From: Ignavibacteria bacterium
Lineage (GTDB): Bacteria > Bacteroidota > Ignavibacteria > Kapaibacteriales > UBA2268
Reading direction: 5' to 3'
Length of the DNA: 29,289 nucleotides
Assembly (NCBI GenBank): GCA_040383785.1
Contig: JBEICW010000001.1
Location: forward strand, 1 to 29,289
Part shown: piece after piece, positions 7,953 to 15,666 of the stretch
How positions within the stretch are numbered: the stretch's first letter is position 1
Layout: every line of letters begins with the position of its first letter
The notes under the pieces: generated by a model
Told to the model about the DNA's origin: nothing
The model's database searches: none
Seen by the model: the letters and a program-made list of their open reading frames with translations, nothing else
Program-made: the position numbers and the translations under genes

Positions 7953-8480
7953 CTAGGAAAATATAACTACATCATTAGGAAGAACAAATAAAGGATTTTT
8001 GTCAATTTTTGGAACACAACGGCATCCAGCAATACCACACGCCATTTCTTCGCCTTCTTTACAAGTATTTTGTGGCTGATGATAATCACCACCCATAAAC
8101 ATATCAAGACCTTTATTATTATTAGGTTTACTAATTGGCTTACAAGTTTTAATAGGAATCTGAACGCAAAGACCTGCGTTAATAGAATCTTTGGTACAAT
8201 AAGAAGGATATAAATCATCTACCAATTCTTCACCTTCTTTGCAAGTTGTACTAGCAACATACTCTTGAACGCAATTTTTCATAAATTCATCTTTCTCTTT
8301 TTTCCAATATTCTTGAGATTCCATAACCCGAGGTCTAGCCATACGAGAATATTCCCATTCACATTTGGTTAAAGCTGCTTGATTCACATTTGATGCCGCA
8401 CTGCCTTTTGGTTTAAAAATTAAATAAAGTGCTACTGCACCTAATCCTAAACCGATGATTAATTTTGTGTTCTTCTCCAT
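7953..8480 (-). CDS. N-terminally anchored Cys-rich membrane protein
   Basis: MEKNTKLIIGLGLGAVALYLIFKPK; about 10 Cys; TCKEGEE x2. Confidence 0.8.
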   Translation of the reverse strand: MEKNTKLIIGLGLGAVALYLIFKPKGSAASNVNQAALTKCEWEYSRMARPRVMESQEYWKKEKDEFMKNCVQEYVASTTCKEGEELVDDLYPSYCTKDSINAGLCVQIPIKTCKPISKPNNNKGLDMFMGGDYHQPQNTCKEGEEMACGIAGCRCVPKIDKNPLFVLPNDVVIFS

Positions 8481-8518
8481 TTCTTTGTTTTTTAGTTAAT
8501 TAATGGTAACATATTATT

Positions 8519-8899
8519 TTAATTTTTTTTGTTTACTTGATACATAATAAAATATAAAACTCCTGTTATACCAATTACCCACATCCACTTTTGAGTGTTG
8601 GTTAAAGGTTTTTTATCGTTGGTTGTTGGCGTATCTGCACTTACTTCTTTAACTACATTAAATGGTATTGAAACCCAAACTTGCCCTGCCATATTCCAAT
8701 TAGGCATTTTTCCTTCTAATGTTGTTTGAATTGGAATAGCACTTTTTGTTTCCATCCCTTGCATACTTGGGTTGTTTCCACCCTCAATAACATCGCCTAC
8801 TTTAAAACTTTTTACACCTCTTTGTCCATTGCTTGTAGGAGATGCTAATGTAATCAAGTATTCAGCATCATAATCTTTGATAAACTTAAACTTTGCCAT
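8519..8899 (-). CDS. C-terminally anchored membrane protein
   Basis: Tail KWMWVIGITGVLYFIMYQVNKKN. Confidence 0.8.
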   Translation of the reverse strand: MAKFKFIKDYDAEYLITLASPTSNGQRGVKSFKVGDVIEGGNNPSMQGMETKSAIPIQTTLEGKMPNWNMAGQVWVSIPFNVVKEVSADTPTTNDKKPLTNTQKWMWVIGITGVLYFIMYQVNKKN

Positions 8900-8954
8900 A
8901 ATTTTTATTTTTGTTGTTGTTTACTTGCAAAATGTATTAAACCTAAAAATGCAA

Positions 8955-9311
8955 CTATTTCGTTGTTACAACATCACTTCTTACCCAGCCAGTCCAGATA
9001 ATATCTCCATTAGTATCTTTTTCTTGTACTTGATACCAAGTGCCGTCTTTCTCAACTTTGCTCTTGATATATTTCAGTTCTTGTATCTTTTGATACGTTT
9101 TCAATATTTCGCTTTGTGTATTTGAATCCTTACGAAGTCTTGCACCAAGTTTAGTTTTTACGGAAGTTGGTACTGCTGTGTCTGGTTTTTCTTCTTTCTT
9201 TTGTTCTTTTGTATCGTCTGGTGCGGTTAAATATAGTTGTTTATATATCAAATACAATCCAATAACTATTGGAACGCTGAATAAGATTACAAGTTTTGTT
9301 TTTTTGTTCAT
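8955..9311 (-). CDS. N-anchored protein with a bacterial SH3 (SH3b) domain
   Basis: Anchor MNKKTKLVILFSVPIVIGLYLIYK; ARLRKDSNTQSEIL...GTWYQV...GWVRSDVV matches the SH3b pattern. Confidence 0.75.
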   Translation of the reverse strand: MNKKTKLVILFSVPIVIGLYLIYKQLYLTAPDDTKEQKKEEKPDTAVPTSVKTKLGARLRKDSNTQSEILKTYQKIQELKYIKSKVEKDGTWYQVQEKDTNGDIIWTGWVRSDVVTTK

Positions 9312-9321
9312 TTTGTTTGTT

Positions 9322-9696
9322 TTATAAAAAAAATATTGCTGTTATTCCCAATGCTGCAATTTTATATGCGTCTCTTATATCCGACCTTCTGTGTCCTTCA
9401 ACAACTTCTAAAACATAATCTTCACAATTAAAAAACAATTCATTCCATACATCTCTCTTGCACCGCCGAGATGCTTTTATGATTTGTTCGCCAGACACTC
9501 CAGTTCTAACTATTTTCAAAATTTCTCTGCCTTTGATAAATTCGGCATAAGTTTCTGAACATACAGAACCGCCATACTTATTTTTTATATATGGAGAGTT
9601 ATGATAAACTTTTGAGCCATACACAATTCCTATGTGATAGCACAAAGGCACATCTACACAGGAACAATAAATTACATCACCAGTTTTTAATTTCAC
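9322..9696 (-). CDS. LRAT/H-NC-like (permuted NlpC/P60) acyltransferase or phospholipase with C-terminal hydrophobic tail
   Basis: GDVI...YHIGIV...VYHN...FFNCEDYV; His precedes NCE, as in the LRAT family. Confidence 0.75.
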   Translation of the reverse strand: MKLKTGDVIYCSCVDVPLCYHIGIVYGSKVYHNSPYIKNKYGGSVCSETYAEFIKGREILKIVRTGVSGEQIIKASRRCKRDVWNELFFNCEDYVLEVVEGHRRSDIRDAYKIAALGITAIFFL

Positions 9697-10292
9697 ATTA
9701 ATCTATTTGATACCACCGTCCAATTGATTACTTTGAAAAAGTCCTCAATATAAGATTTTCTATCAGCTAAATGTTTTAGGTAATATGCGTGTTCCCAAAC
9801 ATCCATTCCGAGCAATACATTGCACGACATTGCCATAATTGGATTATCTTGATTAGCGGTAGTAACGATTGAAAGAATACCATTTTTCTCTATTAGCCAA
9901 ACCCAGCCAGAGCCAAAAACTTCTGCACCAGCTTTGCTAAATTGTTCTTTGAAATTTTCATAAGAACCGAAATCTCTAATAATACTATATTTTAGTTTAT
10001 TGCTTGAATCTTTGTAAAAATTGTTGTAAAAAGGAGATAAATTTTCAAAATACAAAAAGTGGTTATAGTAACCACCTCCGTTTTGTCTTAACTTTAATGT
10101 ATATTTTTTGTAATCCGATAATATTTCAACAATAGAAGCAATAGAACCATCATTTGTGATAAATTCTAATTCATCATTAAGATTATCCGTGTATTTTTTG
10201 TAATGCACGTTATAATGCTCATTCATAGTTTCGGTATCTATGTATGGCATTAATGAAGATAGTCCATATAATAAAGGTCGTCTAAAATACAT
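9693..10292 (-). CDS. sod: Fe/Mn superoxide dismutase (Mn-type signature residues)
   Basis: HYNVHYKKY, NGGGYYNH, FGSGWVWL, NQDNP, LGMDVWEHAYY: all four metal ligands present. Confidence 0.95.
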   Translation of the reverse strand: MYFRRPLLYGLSSLMPYIDTETMNEHYNVHYKKYTDNLNDELEFITNDGSIASIVEILSDYKKYTLKLRQNGGGYYNHFLYFENLSPFYNNFYKDSSNKLKYSIIRDFGSYENFKEQFSKAGAEVFGSGWVWLIEKNGILSIVTTANQDNPIMAMSCNVLLGMDVWEHAYYLKHLADRKSYIEDFFKVINWTVVSNRLM

Positions 10293-10499
10293 TTATGTCA
10301 ATATTTTTTGGTCGCATTTTAATCCTAAAAGTTTTCTAACACTACAAGATACCGAATCTTTAGTGATGGTAGTAGTAGTATCATCTTTTTTAGTATTGAT
10401 GTCTTTTGGTTTGTATTTATTTTTGATATATTTATAAGCTATAAAACTTATAATTGCTACTGCACCAATGCCAACATATATTTTCGTTTTGTTGTCCAT
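10293..10499 (-). CDS. Small N-anchored membrane protein
   Basis: MDNKTKIYVGIGAVAIISFIAYKYIK. Confidence 0.75.
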   Translation of the reverse strand: MDNKTKIYVGIGAVAIISFIAYKYIKNKYKPKDINTKKDDTTTTITKDSVSCSVRKLLGLKCDQKILT

Positions 10500-10500
10500 T

Positions 10501-11652
10501 TTAATCTTTTAATAATTTTGAAACAACAAGAAGTCCAACAACAATTCCAAGTCCAATAACTATTGGTTTCAAATTGTTAGAAAGAACATCTGTCTTTACA
10601 ATAGGCGGCTGGTCTGCTATCAAATCACACTTTGCTTTTAGAATTTTTGCATTTTCCAGTCTTTTTTCTAATTCGTTTCTATTACTTTCTAGAAGTCTTG
10701 CAGTCATCAAAGTATTTGTAATAGATTCAATTTCTTTGTTTATTTCACCACAAGACATTTTTTCTAAATCTGTCATAATTGGTTCTTTTTTAATATTGAT
10801 AATGTCGTCTGCTTTATCAACTTTACGGCAAACTACATTCCCAAATTCATTCCTAAAACAACCTTCTGGTAAAGTATTATCAACTTTATGGCAAACTACA
10901 TTCCCATATTCATTCCTAAAACAACCTTCTGGTAAAGTATTATCAACTTTACGGCAAACTGAATTATATTTTTCTGTTATAGTGTTGAAAAAATCTTGTT
11001 GCCTTTTGCTATCGTTTGGAGAAATATTTGCTGGGAATTTAATTTTTGCGTTGAGATAATCGCTTATTTGCTCACAACTTAATGTATCAACTTTTGGTAA
11101 ATCTAATTGGTCATAAATTAAATCATCTACAAGCACTTTTTTTTCTGGCATAGATGTACCTAATTTGAATCTTGCTAAATCTTTATGCGGAATTTCTTTT
11201 TGTTGTCCGTTTCGTAATTCAATTTCCCAAGCGGCTGGACTATACCAACGCTTATATCCGTTTTCAATTAAAAATATTGCCCAATCGGTACTATCATAAA
11301 CAATCATTCCCTCATATTGAGATAAGTCATTCTGTAAATGTAGTTCATCTATTGGTAGAGCTTCTACACCACTATCTCCACCTTGTTCTATACCGCCACT
11401 CCCTAATCCTAAATCATCATCAAATACACCAACACCGCTATCTCCACCTTGTTCTATGCCGCCACTCCCTAATCCCAAATCATCATCAAATACACCAACA
11501 CCGCTATCTCCACCTTGTTCTATGCCGCCACTCCCTAATCCTAAATCACCACCTAATCCAATATCATCAACAAATAAACCTTCTTTATCCTCAAATAAAA
11601 CATCGCCCATTCCTGTATCAATTGGCTTTTCAAATAATTGTTCGATTTTCAT
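10501..11652 (-). CDS. Repeat-containing protein with C-terminal membrane anchor
   Basis: Acidic Gly-rich 22-aa repeats, Cys-containing 21-aa repeats, coiled coil, tail PIVIGLGIVVGLLVVSKLLKD. ATG 11652 preferred because the track's 11673 start lies within a TAATTTTG box. Confidence 0.85.
   Translation of the reverse strand: MKIEQLFEKPIDTGMGDVLFEDKEGLFVDDIGLGGDLGLGSGGIEQGGDSGVGVFDDDLGLGSGGIEQGGDSGVGVFDDDLGLGSGGIEQGGDSGVEALPIDELHLQNDLSQYEGMIVYDSTDWAIFLIENGYKRWYSPAAWEIELRNGQQKEIPHKDLARFKLGTSMPEKKVLVDDLIYDQLDLPKVDTLSCEQISDYLNAKIKFPANISPNDSKRQQDFFNTITEKYNSVCRKVDNTLPEGCFRNEYGNVVCHKVDNTLPEGCFRNEFGNVVCRKVDKADDIINIKKEPIMTDLEKMSCGEINKEIESITNTLMTARLLESNRNELEKRLENAKILKAKCDLIADQPPIVKTDVLSNNLKPIVIGLGIVVGLLVVSKLLKD
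10814..10960. repeat. 63-bp coding tandem repeat, about 2.3 copies
   Basis: Units start at 10814, 10877 and 10940; encode C(R/H)KVDNTLPEGCFRNE(Y/F)GNVV. Confidence 0.9.
11366..11548. repeat. 66-bp coding tandem repeat, about 2.8 copies
   Basis: Units start at 11366, 11432 and 11498; encode DLGLGSGGIEQGGDSGVGVFDD. Confidence 0.9.
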
Positions 11653-11670
11653 ATTGTTTGTTTTGTTATT

Positions 11671-11678
11671 CAAAATTA
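11671..11678 (-). promoter_or_regulatory. Bacteroidota -7 box (TAATTTTG) for the leftward operon
   Basis: caaaatta on the + strand, 18 nt upstream of ATG 11652. Confidence 0.55.
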
Positions 11679-11694
11679 CATTTTTTACATTTAT

Positions 11695-11740
11695 TTTAAC
11701 AAATTATTTTTGTTGATTTTTTTATCAACAAGTAATTTTG
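11695..11740 (+). promoter_or_regulatory. Bacteroidota-type promoter with palindrome
   Basis: TTTAACA at 11695; TTGAT-N6-ATCAA at 11713-11728; TAATTTTG at 11733-11740; ATG 4 nt later. Confidence 0.75.
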
Positions 11741-11744
11741 TTTT

Positions 11745-12248
11745 ATGAATTTATTTATACTTGATAAAAACCCAGAAATTTCTGCAAAGTATCACACAGA
11801 CAGACACATTGTAAAGATGCCAACGGAAACAGCACAAATGATTTCTTTTGTTTACCACGACTTAAATTTATGGAACAAAGAAATACCAGATTTTATAATG
11901 AGTTTTTCTAAAACACACTATAAACACCCCTGCTCAATATGGATAAGGGAAAGTTTGAGTAATTTCATATATGCAGCAAACTTTGGAATACAACTTTATG
12001 AAGAATATCAGTATAGATATGAACAACCAGAAAAACACAATAGAGCAATTCGTATTTTCAAGTTTGCTTTAGAGAATTTACCAGAAATTCAAGACAAAGG
12101 ATTGACACCGTTTGCACAAGCAATGGATAAAGAATATCTTTTGTATAACGATGCTGTACTCAATTACAGAGAATATTATAGAAGCGGTAAAAAACACTTG
12201 CATACTTGGAAAAAAAGGGAAAATCCGCCGTTCTTAACGAATGTTTAA
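11745..12248 (+). CDS. Pyrimidine-dimer DNA glycosylase / endonuclease V-like protein
   Basis: MNLFILD.NP..SA.YH.D.HIVKM..E.AQM; THYKHPCSIWIRES..N; TPFAQAM; YREYY...K; WKKR..P. Confidence 0.75.
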   Translation: MNLFILDKNPEISAKYHTDRHIVKMPTETAQMISFVYHDLNLWNKEIPDFIMSFSKTHYKHPCSIWIRESLSNFIYAANFGIQLYEEYQYRYEQPEKHNRAIRIFKFALENLPEIQDKGLTPFAQAMDKEYLLYNDAVLNYREYYRSGKKHLHTWKKRENPPFLTNV

Positions 12249-12289
12249 CAACTATATTGATTTTTATATCAATATTCATACTATCTTTG
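12244..12289 (+). promoter_or_regulatory. Bacteroidota-type promoter with palindrome
   Basis: TTTAACA at 12244; TTGAT-N6-ATCAA at 12257-12272; TATCTTTG at 12282-12289; leader TGTAAACAAACA shared with the 14105 copy. Confidence 0.8.
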
Positions 12290-12305
12290 TGTAAACAAAC
12301 ACACT

Positions 12306-12707
12306 ATGAAAGCAATAATTAAAGTTACCAATCCAACTACTTTAGAAGTAGTATCACAGTATGAACTCCCGTACAAAGATTCAAAAGAACTTAAAATTTT
12401 ATATGAAGAAGCAAGACAAGTATGGAGTGAGTTTCAAGTAGAAGCCGATACACCAGAATTTAAAATGGGAAAACTCCATACTTATCAAGAAGAATTATTA
12501 AAGAAAAATCACAACCCAGTATCTTACAAAGCTTACACTGAAGAATTACAAAAGAAGGGATTTGTTGAATTTTCAAACTACAAAACATTAGGTAGTAGCT
12601 ATATCAATAGATATGAAGTATGGATATTGCCAAAAACACAAGAAACTATTTTGTTAGAATGTTTTAATGATGGCGGTACAAAATGTTTAATTTATAAACC
12701 AGAGTAA
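12306..12707 (+). CDS. Hypothetical protein
   Basis: 133 aa; behind a promoter; TAATG coupling. Confidence 0.75.
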   Translation: MKAIIKVTNPTTLEVVSQYELPYKDSKELKILYEEARQVWSEFQVEADTPEFKMGKLHTYQEELLKKNHNPVSYKAYTEELQKKGFVEFSNYKTLGSSYINRYEVWILPKTQETILLECFNDGGTKCLIYKPE

Positions 12708-13108
12708 TGGAAAAAGTTATAATAAAAATACTCCCAGAAGACAAAAGTCAGTTGCGTAAAATTTATGCAGATTTTATGAATGTTCAAATGTATGATGAAA
12801 ATGGTCGCCTACAAACATTAAAATCTATTCGTGAAGAACAGAAAAGAATAGTTGATAACTATTTTTTATCTTTTACCGACCTTGCTGACAAAGGTTGTAC
12901 TATTACTCACTTGCCAGAATATATTTTTAATAAAAATCAGTTGCGGTTTATTAATGATTGTAACGATAATTATTTTCAAGTCAGATTTTTAGAAATCGAT
13001 ACAGAGATATACCCAGCAGTAATTGTAGATAGTATTTATGAACTTACTACTAATACAATCTGTGAAACCATAATAAGAAACAATTTTATTTACCAATACG
13101 CAAAGTAA
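12707..13108 (+). CDS. Hypothetical protein
   Basis: 133 aa; coupled on both sides. Confidence 0.75.
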   Translation: MEKVIIKILPEDKSQLRKIYADFMNVQMYDENGRLQTLKSIREEQKRIVDNYFLSFTDLADKGCTITHLPEYIFNKNQLRFINDCNDNYFQVRFLEIDTEIYPAVIVDSIYELTTNTICETIIRNNFIYQYAK

Positions 13109-13272
13109 TGTATAAATTCTATCGTATGTTACCAAATGGAGTTTGGAAGTACACCGAAACTTTTAATTCAACACTTTCTCCCGATTACCATTCACTTATC
13201 AACTATTGCCGTGAAAATAATATAAAATGGAAATTAGTTAATTCATTTAATGAAATAAAATTTGAAGGTTAA
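13108..13272 (+). CDS. 54-aa hypothetical protein
   Basis: Own translation MYKFYRMLPNGVWKY...; TAATG overlap; ends 2 nt before the next ATG. Confidence 0.65.
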   Translation: MYKFYRMLPNGVWKYTETFNSTLSPDYHSLINYCRENNIKWKLVNSFNEIKFEG

Positions 13273-13274
13273 AT

Positions 13275-13499
13275 ATGCAACTACACGAAACAGTTATGGG
13301 CAGAAGACTCATAGAAGGAACTCTACCAGATATTGCAAATCAACTTGAAAGAATTGCAAATGCTTTAGAAAAAAAAACAAAGTCAAATGATGAAGAAATT
13401 GAAAAATTTGCAATTGAATTTGCTAAATTCTATTTGCAGACTTTCAATTGCAACAAAAGTGATAAAGAATTATTTGAAGACTTCATAAGTAGTATATAA
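13275..13499 (+). CDS. Hypothetical helical protein
   Basis: 74 aa; operon packing. Confidence 0.7.
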   Translation: MQLHETVMGRRLIEGTLPDIANQLERIANALEKKTKSNDEEIEKFAIEFAKFYLQTFNCNKSDKELFEDFISSI

Positions 13500-13720
13500 T
13501 GGAAAATTGTGGTAAAACAAACCTACCTTATGGAACAAGGGTTTTGGTCAAAACAAAATTTGATTTTGATGTTGAAGAGTTTACGAATGTAACTGGCACG
13601 GCGGTACATCCTTTCAGTAAAGGCTGCAAAGAAAAAGATTGGGTTGGTGTCATTTTAGATAAAGAAACTCTTTGGGGAAAAAAATTTAACTTCCATATTA
13701 CTGAATTAATAATTGAATGA
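13499..13720 (+). CDS. Small beta-barrel-like hypothetical protein
   Basis: 73 aa; GTRVLVK...WVGVILD. Confidence 0.65.
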   Translation: MENCGKTNLPYGTRVLVKTKFDFDVEEFTNVTGTAVHPFSKGCKEKDWVGVILDKETLWGKKFNFHITELIIE

Positions 13721-13908
13721 AAATTTTTCAAGTTAAATATAAAAGTTCATTTTCTGATTGGCAATATGTTTATTGCAGAGCTGAATCTCCAGAAGCCATA
13801 AATAATGAAACCGTTTTTTATTTAAGCTATGTTGATTGTAGAGATGAAACTAAAAAAATAGTTGACAAATTTGAAGCCAGTAAAATTTTTGAAGCTATAA
13901 AAAAATAA
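13717..13908 (+). CDS. Hypothetical protein
   Basis: 63 aa; ATGA overlap. Confidence 0.65.
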   Translation: MKIFQVKYKSSFSDWQYVYCRAESPEAINNETVFYLSYVDCRDETKKIVDKFEASKIFEAIKK

Positions 13909-13909
13909 A

Positions 13910-14098
13910 ATGACACAAGAAAAAGCAAACCAAATTTTTGCCACAGAATTAGGGCAACAATTGAATGTTATTTATGTAACTTCTGATGACAAGTCATTCA
14001 TTCGCCACGAAGAAGCAGTGATACATACAAACGAAATGTTAAACGCTGACCCCGAAACTTTTGTTGATACAACAATTACAGAATGGTATCCAGATTAA
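13910..14098 (+). CDS. Hypothetical protein
   Basis: 62 aa; 1 nt after the previous stop. Confidence 0.65.
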   Translation: MTQEKANQIFATELGQQLNVIYVTSDDKSFIRHEEAVIHTNEMLNADPETFVDTTITEWYPD

Positions 14099-14104
14099 CA
14101 AAGT

Positions 14105-14150
14105 TTTAACAATCGTGTTGATTTAAATATCAACACTTATAGTATCTTTG
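14105..14150 (+). promoter_or_regulatory. Bacteroidota-type promoter with palindrome
   Basis: TTTAACA at 14105; GTTGAT-N6-ATCAAC around 14118-14133; TATCTTTG at 14143-14150. Confidence 0.8.
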
Positions 14151-14166
14151 TGTAAACAAACAGAAT

Positions 14167-14823
14167 ATGAAATACGATAAATATACCTATCTATATCCGC
14201 CAAGACCAGTACAAACAACAAGTCCTACTGAATTATCAAAGTATGATACAAACGAGTTTATTGCTCAACCAAAATACAACGGAACTTGCTGTGTAGTATT
14301 TATATCTGAAAAGGAATTGATTGTAATGAACAGACACAATCGTAAGATAACTTCTGATTATAGCCATATTGATTTTAGGGGATTGTATTCTGGTAAAGGC
14401 TGGATGGTTTTATGCGGAGAATTTTTGAACAAAAACAAATTAGGAGAAAACGGCAAATCATTCAATCTTAAATTCATAATGTTTGACATACTTGTTTACG
14501 ATAGCGAATATCTTTTAGGTAGTACATTTTTGGAAAGACAACAACTTCTTGAAAAATTATTTCCTTGCAGTAAAATTGTAGTTGGTAAAGACAATATTGA
14601 AATGCTTACACACGCTTGTATTACAAATTGTGTTGGAGTTTATAAAGCACCCAATTACTTTCATTCATTTGATATTTTATATAAAGATATTGTAGATACT
14701 GATGTGTACGAGGGATTGGTTTTAAAAAGAAAAGATGCAAAACTTACACTAGGAATGAATGAAAAGAACAACTATGGTTGGCAATTCAAATGTAGGAAGC
14801 CAACAAAAAATTACGATTTCTAA
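14167..14823 (+). CDS. ATP-dependent ligase-type nucleotidyltransferase, adenylation domain only
   Basis: Motif I QPKYNG, RHN, III LCGEF, IIIa FIMFDIL, IV EGLVLK, V FKCRK; ends at 218 aa with no OB domain. Confidence 0.85.
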   Translation: MKYDKYTYLYPPRPVQTTSPTELSKYDTNEFIAQPKYNGTCCVVFISEKELIVMNRHNRKITSDYSHIDFRGLYSGKGWMVLCGEFLNKNKLGENGKSFNLKFIMFDILVYDSEYLLGSTFLERQQLLEKLFPCSKIVVGKDNIEMLTHACITNCVGVYKAPNYFHSFDILYKDIVDTDVYEGLVLKRKDAKLTLGMNEKNNYGWQFKCRKPTKNYDF

Positions 14824-14833
14824 AAAAAAAATT

Positions 14834-15028
14834 ATGAACAATTTTAACATAGATTATTCTGTTTATACAGATTGTGAAATTTTAGCTATATACAAGTCTG
14901 TTTTAAAGGTGCAAATTCTTTCTACAAAGAACTACTGGTACATAAACAAGAATTATGTTTTATACAACACACCTTTCAGTGTTGGCGACATTGTAAGAGT
15001 TAATAAAAATTATTTATCTATTTATTAA
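14834..15028 (+). CDS. Hypothetical protein
   Basis: ATG 14834 after a poly-A leader; the track's longer start overlaps the ligase. Confidence 0.55.
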   Translation: MNNFNIDYSVYTDCEILAIYKSVLKVQILSTKNYWYINKNYVLYNTPFSVGDIVRVNKNYLSIY

Positions 15029-15042
15029 TAAAAACAAAAAAA

Positions 15043-15594
15043 ATGAAAAAAACAACAATGATTGTGGCAATTTTATTAGCCAGTTTGATTAGTTATTCAC
15101 AAGAATTTATGGGAATTTTGGTTGATGGAAAATTGTCTGATGCCGTAACAAAGTTTAAAGACAAAGGGTTTATTACTTCTTCTGTTAGTGCTGGAGGTAC
15201 AATTATGAAAGGAATGATGGGTACAAAAGAAATAGAAGTTGTCATCTGTAATACAGCGATTACTAAAACAGTTTGGGCGTTTAAGGTATATCTTCCAAAA
15301 AAAGATACTTGGAATAGTTTAAAAAGTGAATATTTAGAATTTTTGGATTTGCTTACTAAAAAGTATGGAGAGCCTAAAAGCAAATATGATTTTTTTACAA
15401 GTCCTTATTATGAAGGAGACGGTTATGAAATGAGTGCGGTAGCTAATGATAAATGTAATTTTGCTTCTTATTGGAATGATAAATATGCAGTAGATATAAG
15501 TAAATACAAACAAGTTCGTATATCATACGAAAATCCTATAAATTCAGAAAAACAAGAAAAAGAAAAAAATCAATCATTTAACAATTCACTTTAA
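15043..15594 (+). CDS. Secreted/periplasmic protein (Sec signal peptide)
   Basis: MKKTTMIVAILLASLISYS/Q; Gln follows the predicted cleavage site. Confidence 0.8.
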   Translation: MKKTTMIVAILLASLISYSQEFMGILVDGKLSDAVTKFKDKGFITSSVSAGGTIMKGMMGTKEIEVVICNTAITKTVWAFKVYLPKKDTWNSLKSEYLEFLDLLTKKYGEPKSKYDFFTSPYYEGDGYEMSAVANDKCNFASYWNDKYAVDISKYKQVRISYENPINSEKQEKEKNQSFNNSL

Positions 15595-15599
15595 GTTTT

Positions 15600-15664
15600 T
15601 TTTAACAATTCATTTGATTGTTGTTAAATATATCAACACTATATTTGTACTCTAAAACGCAAAA
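15600..15664 (+). promoter_or_regulatory. 65-bp promoter/leader cassette, copy 2
   Basis: 63 of 65 bases identical to 2821-2885; TATATTTG box. Confidence 0.85.
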
Positions 15665-15666
15665 CA

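Noticed and set aside
10814-11548. Tandem repeats as a CRISPR array
   Set aside because: Units are contiguous, multiples of 3, in frame inside a CDS, and have no unique spacers; no cas operon is present.
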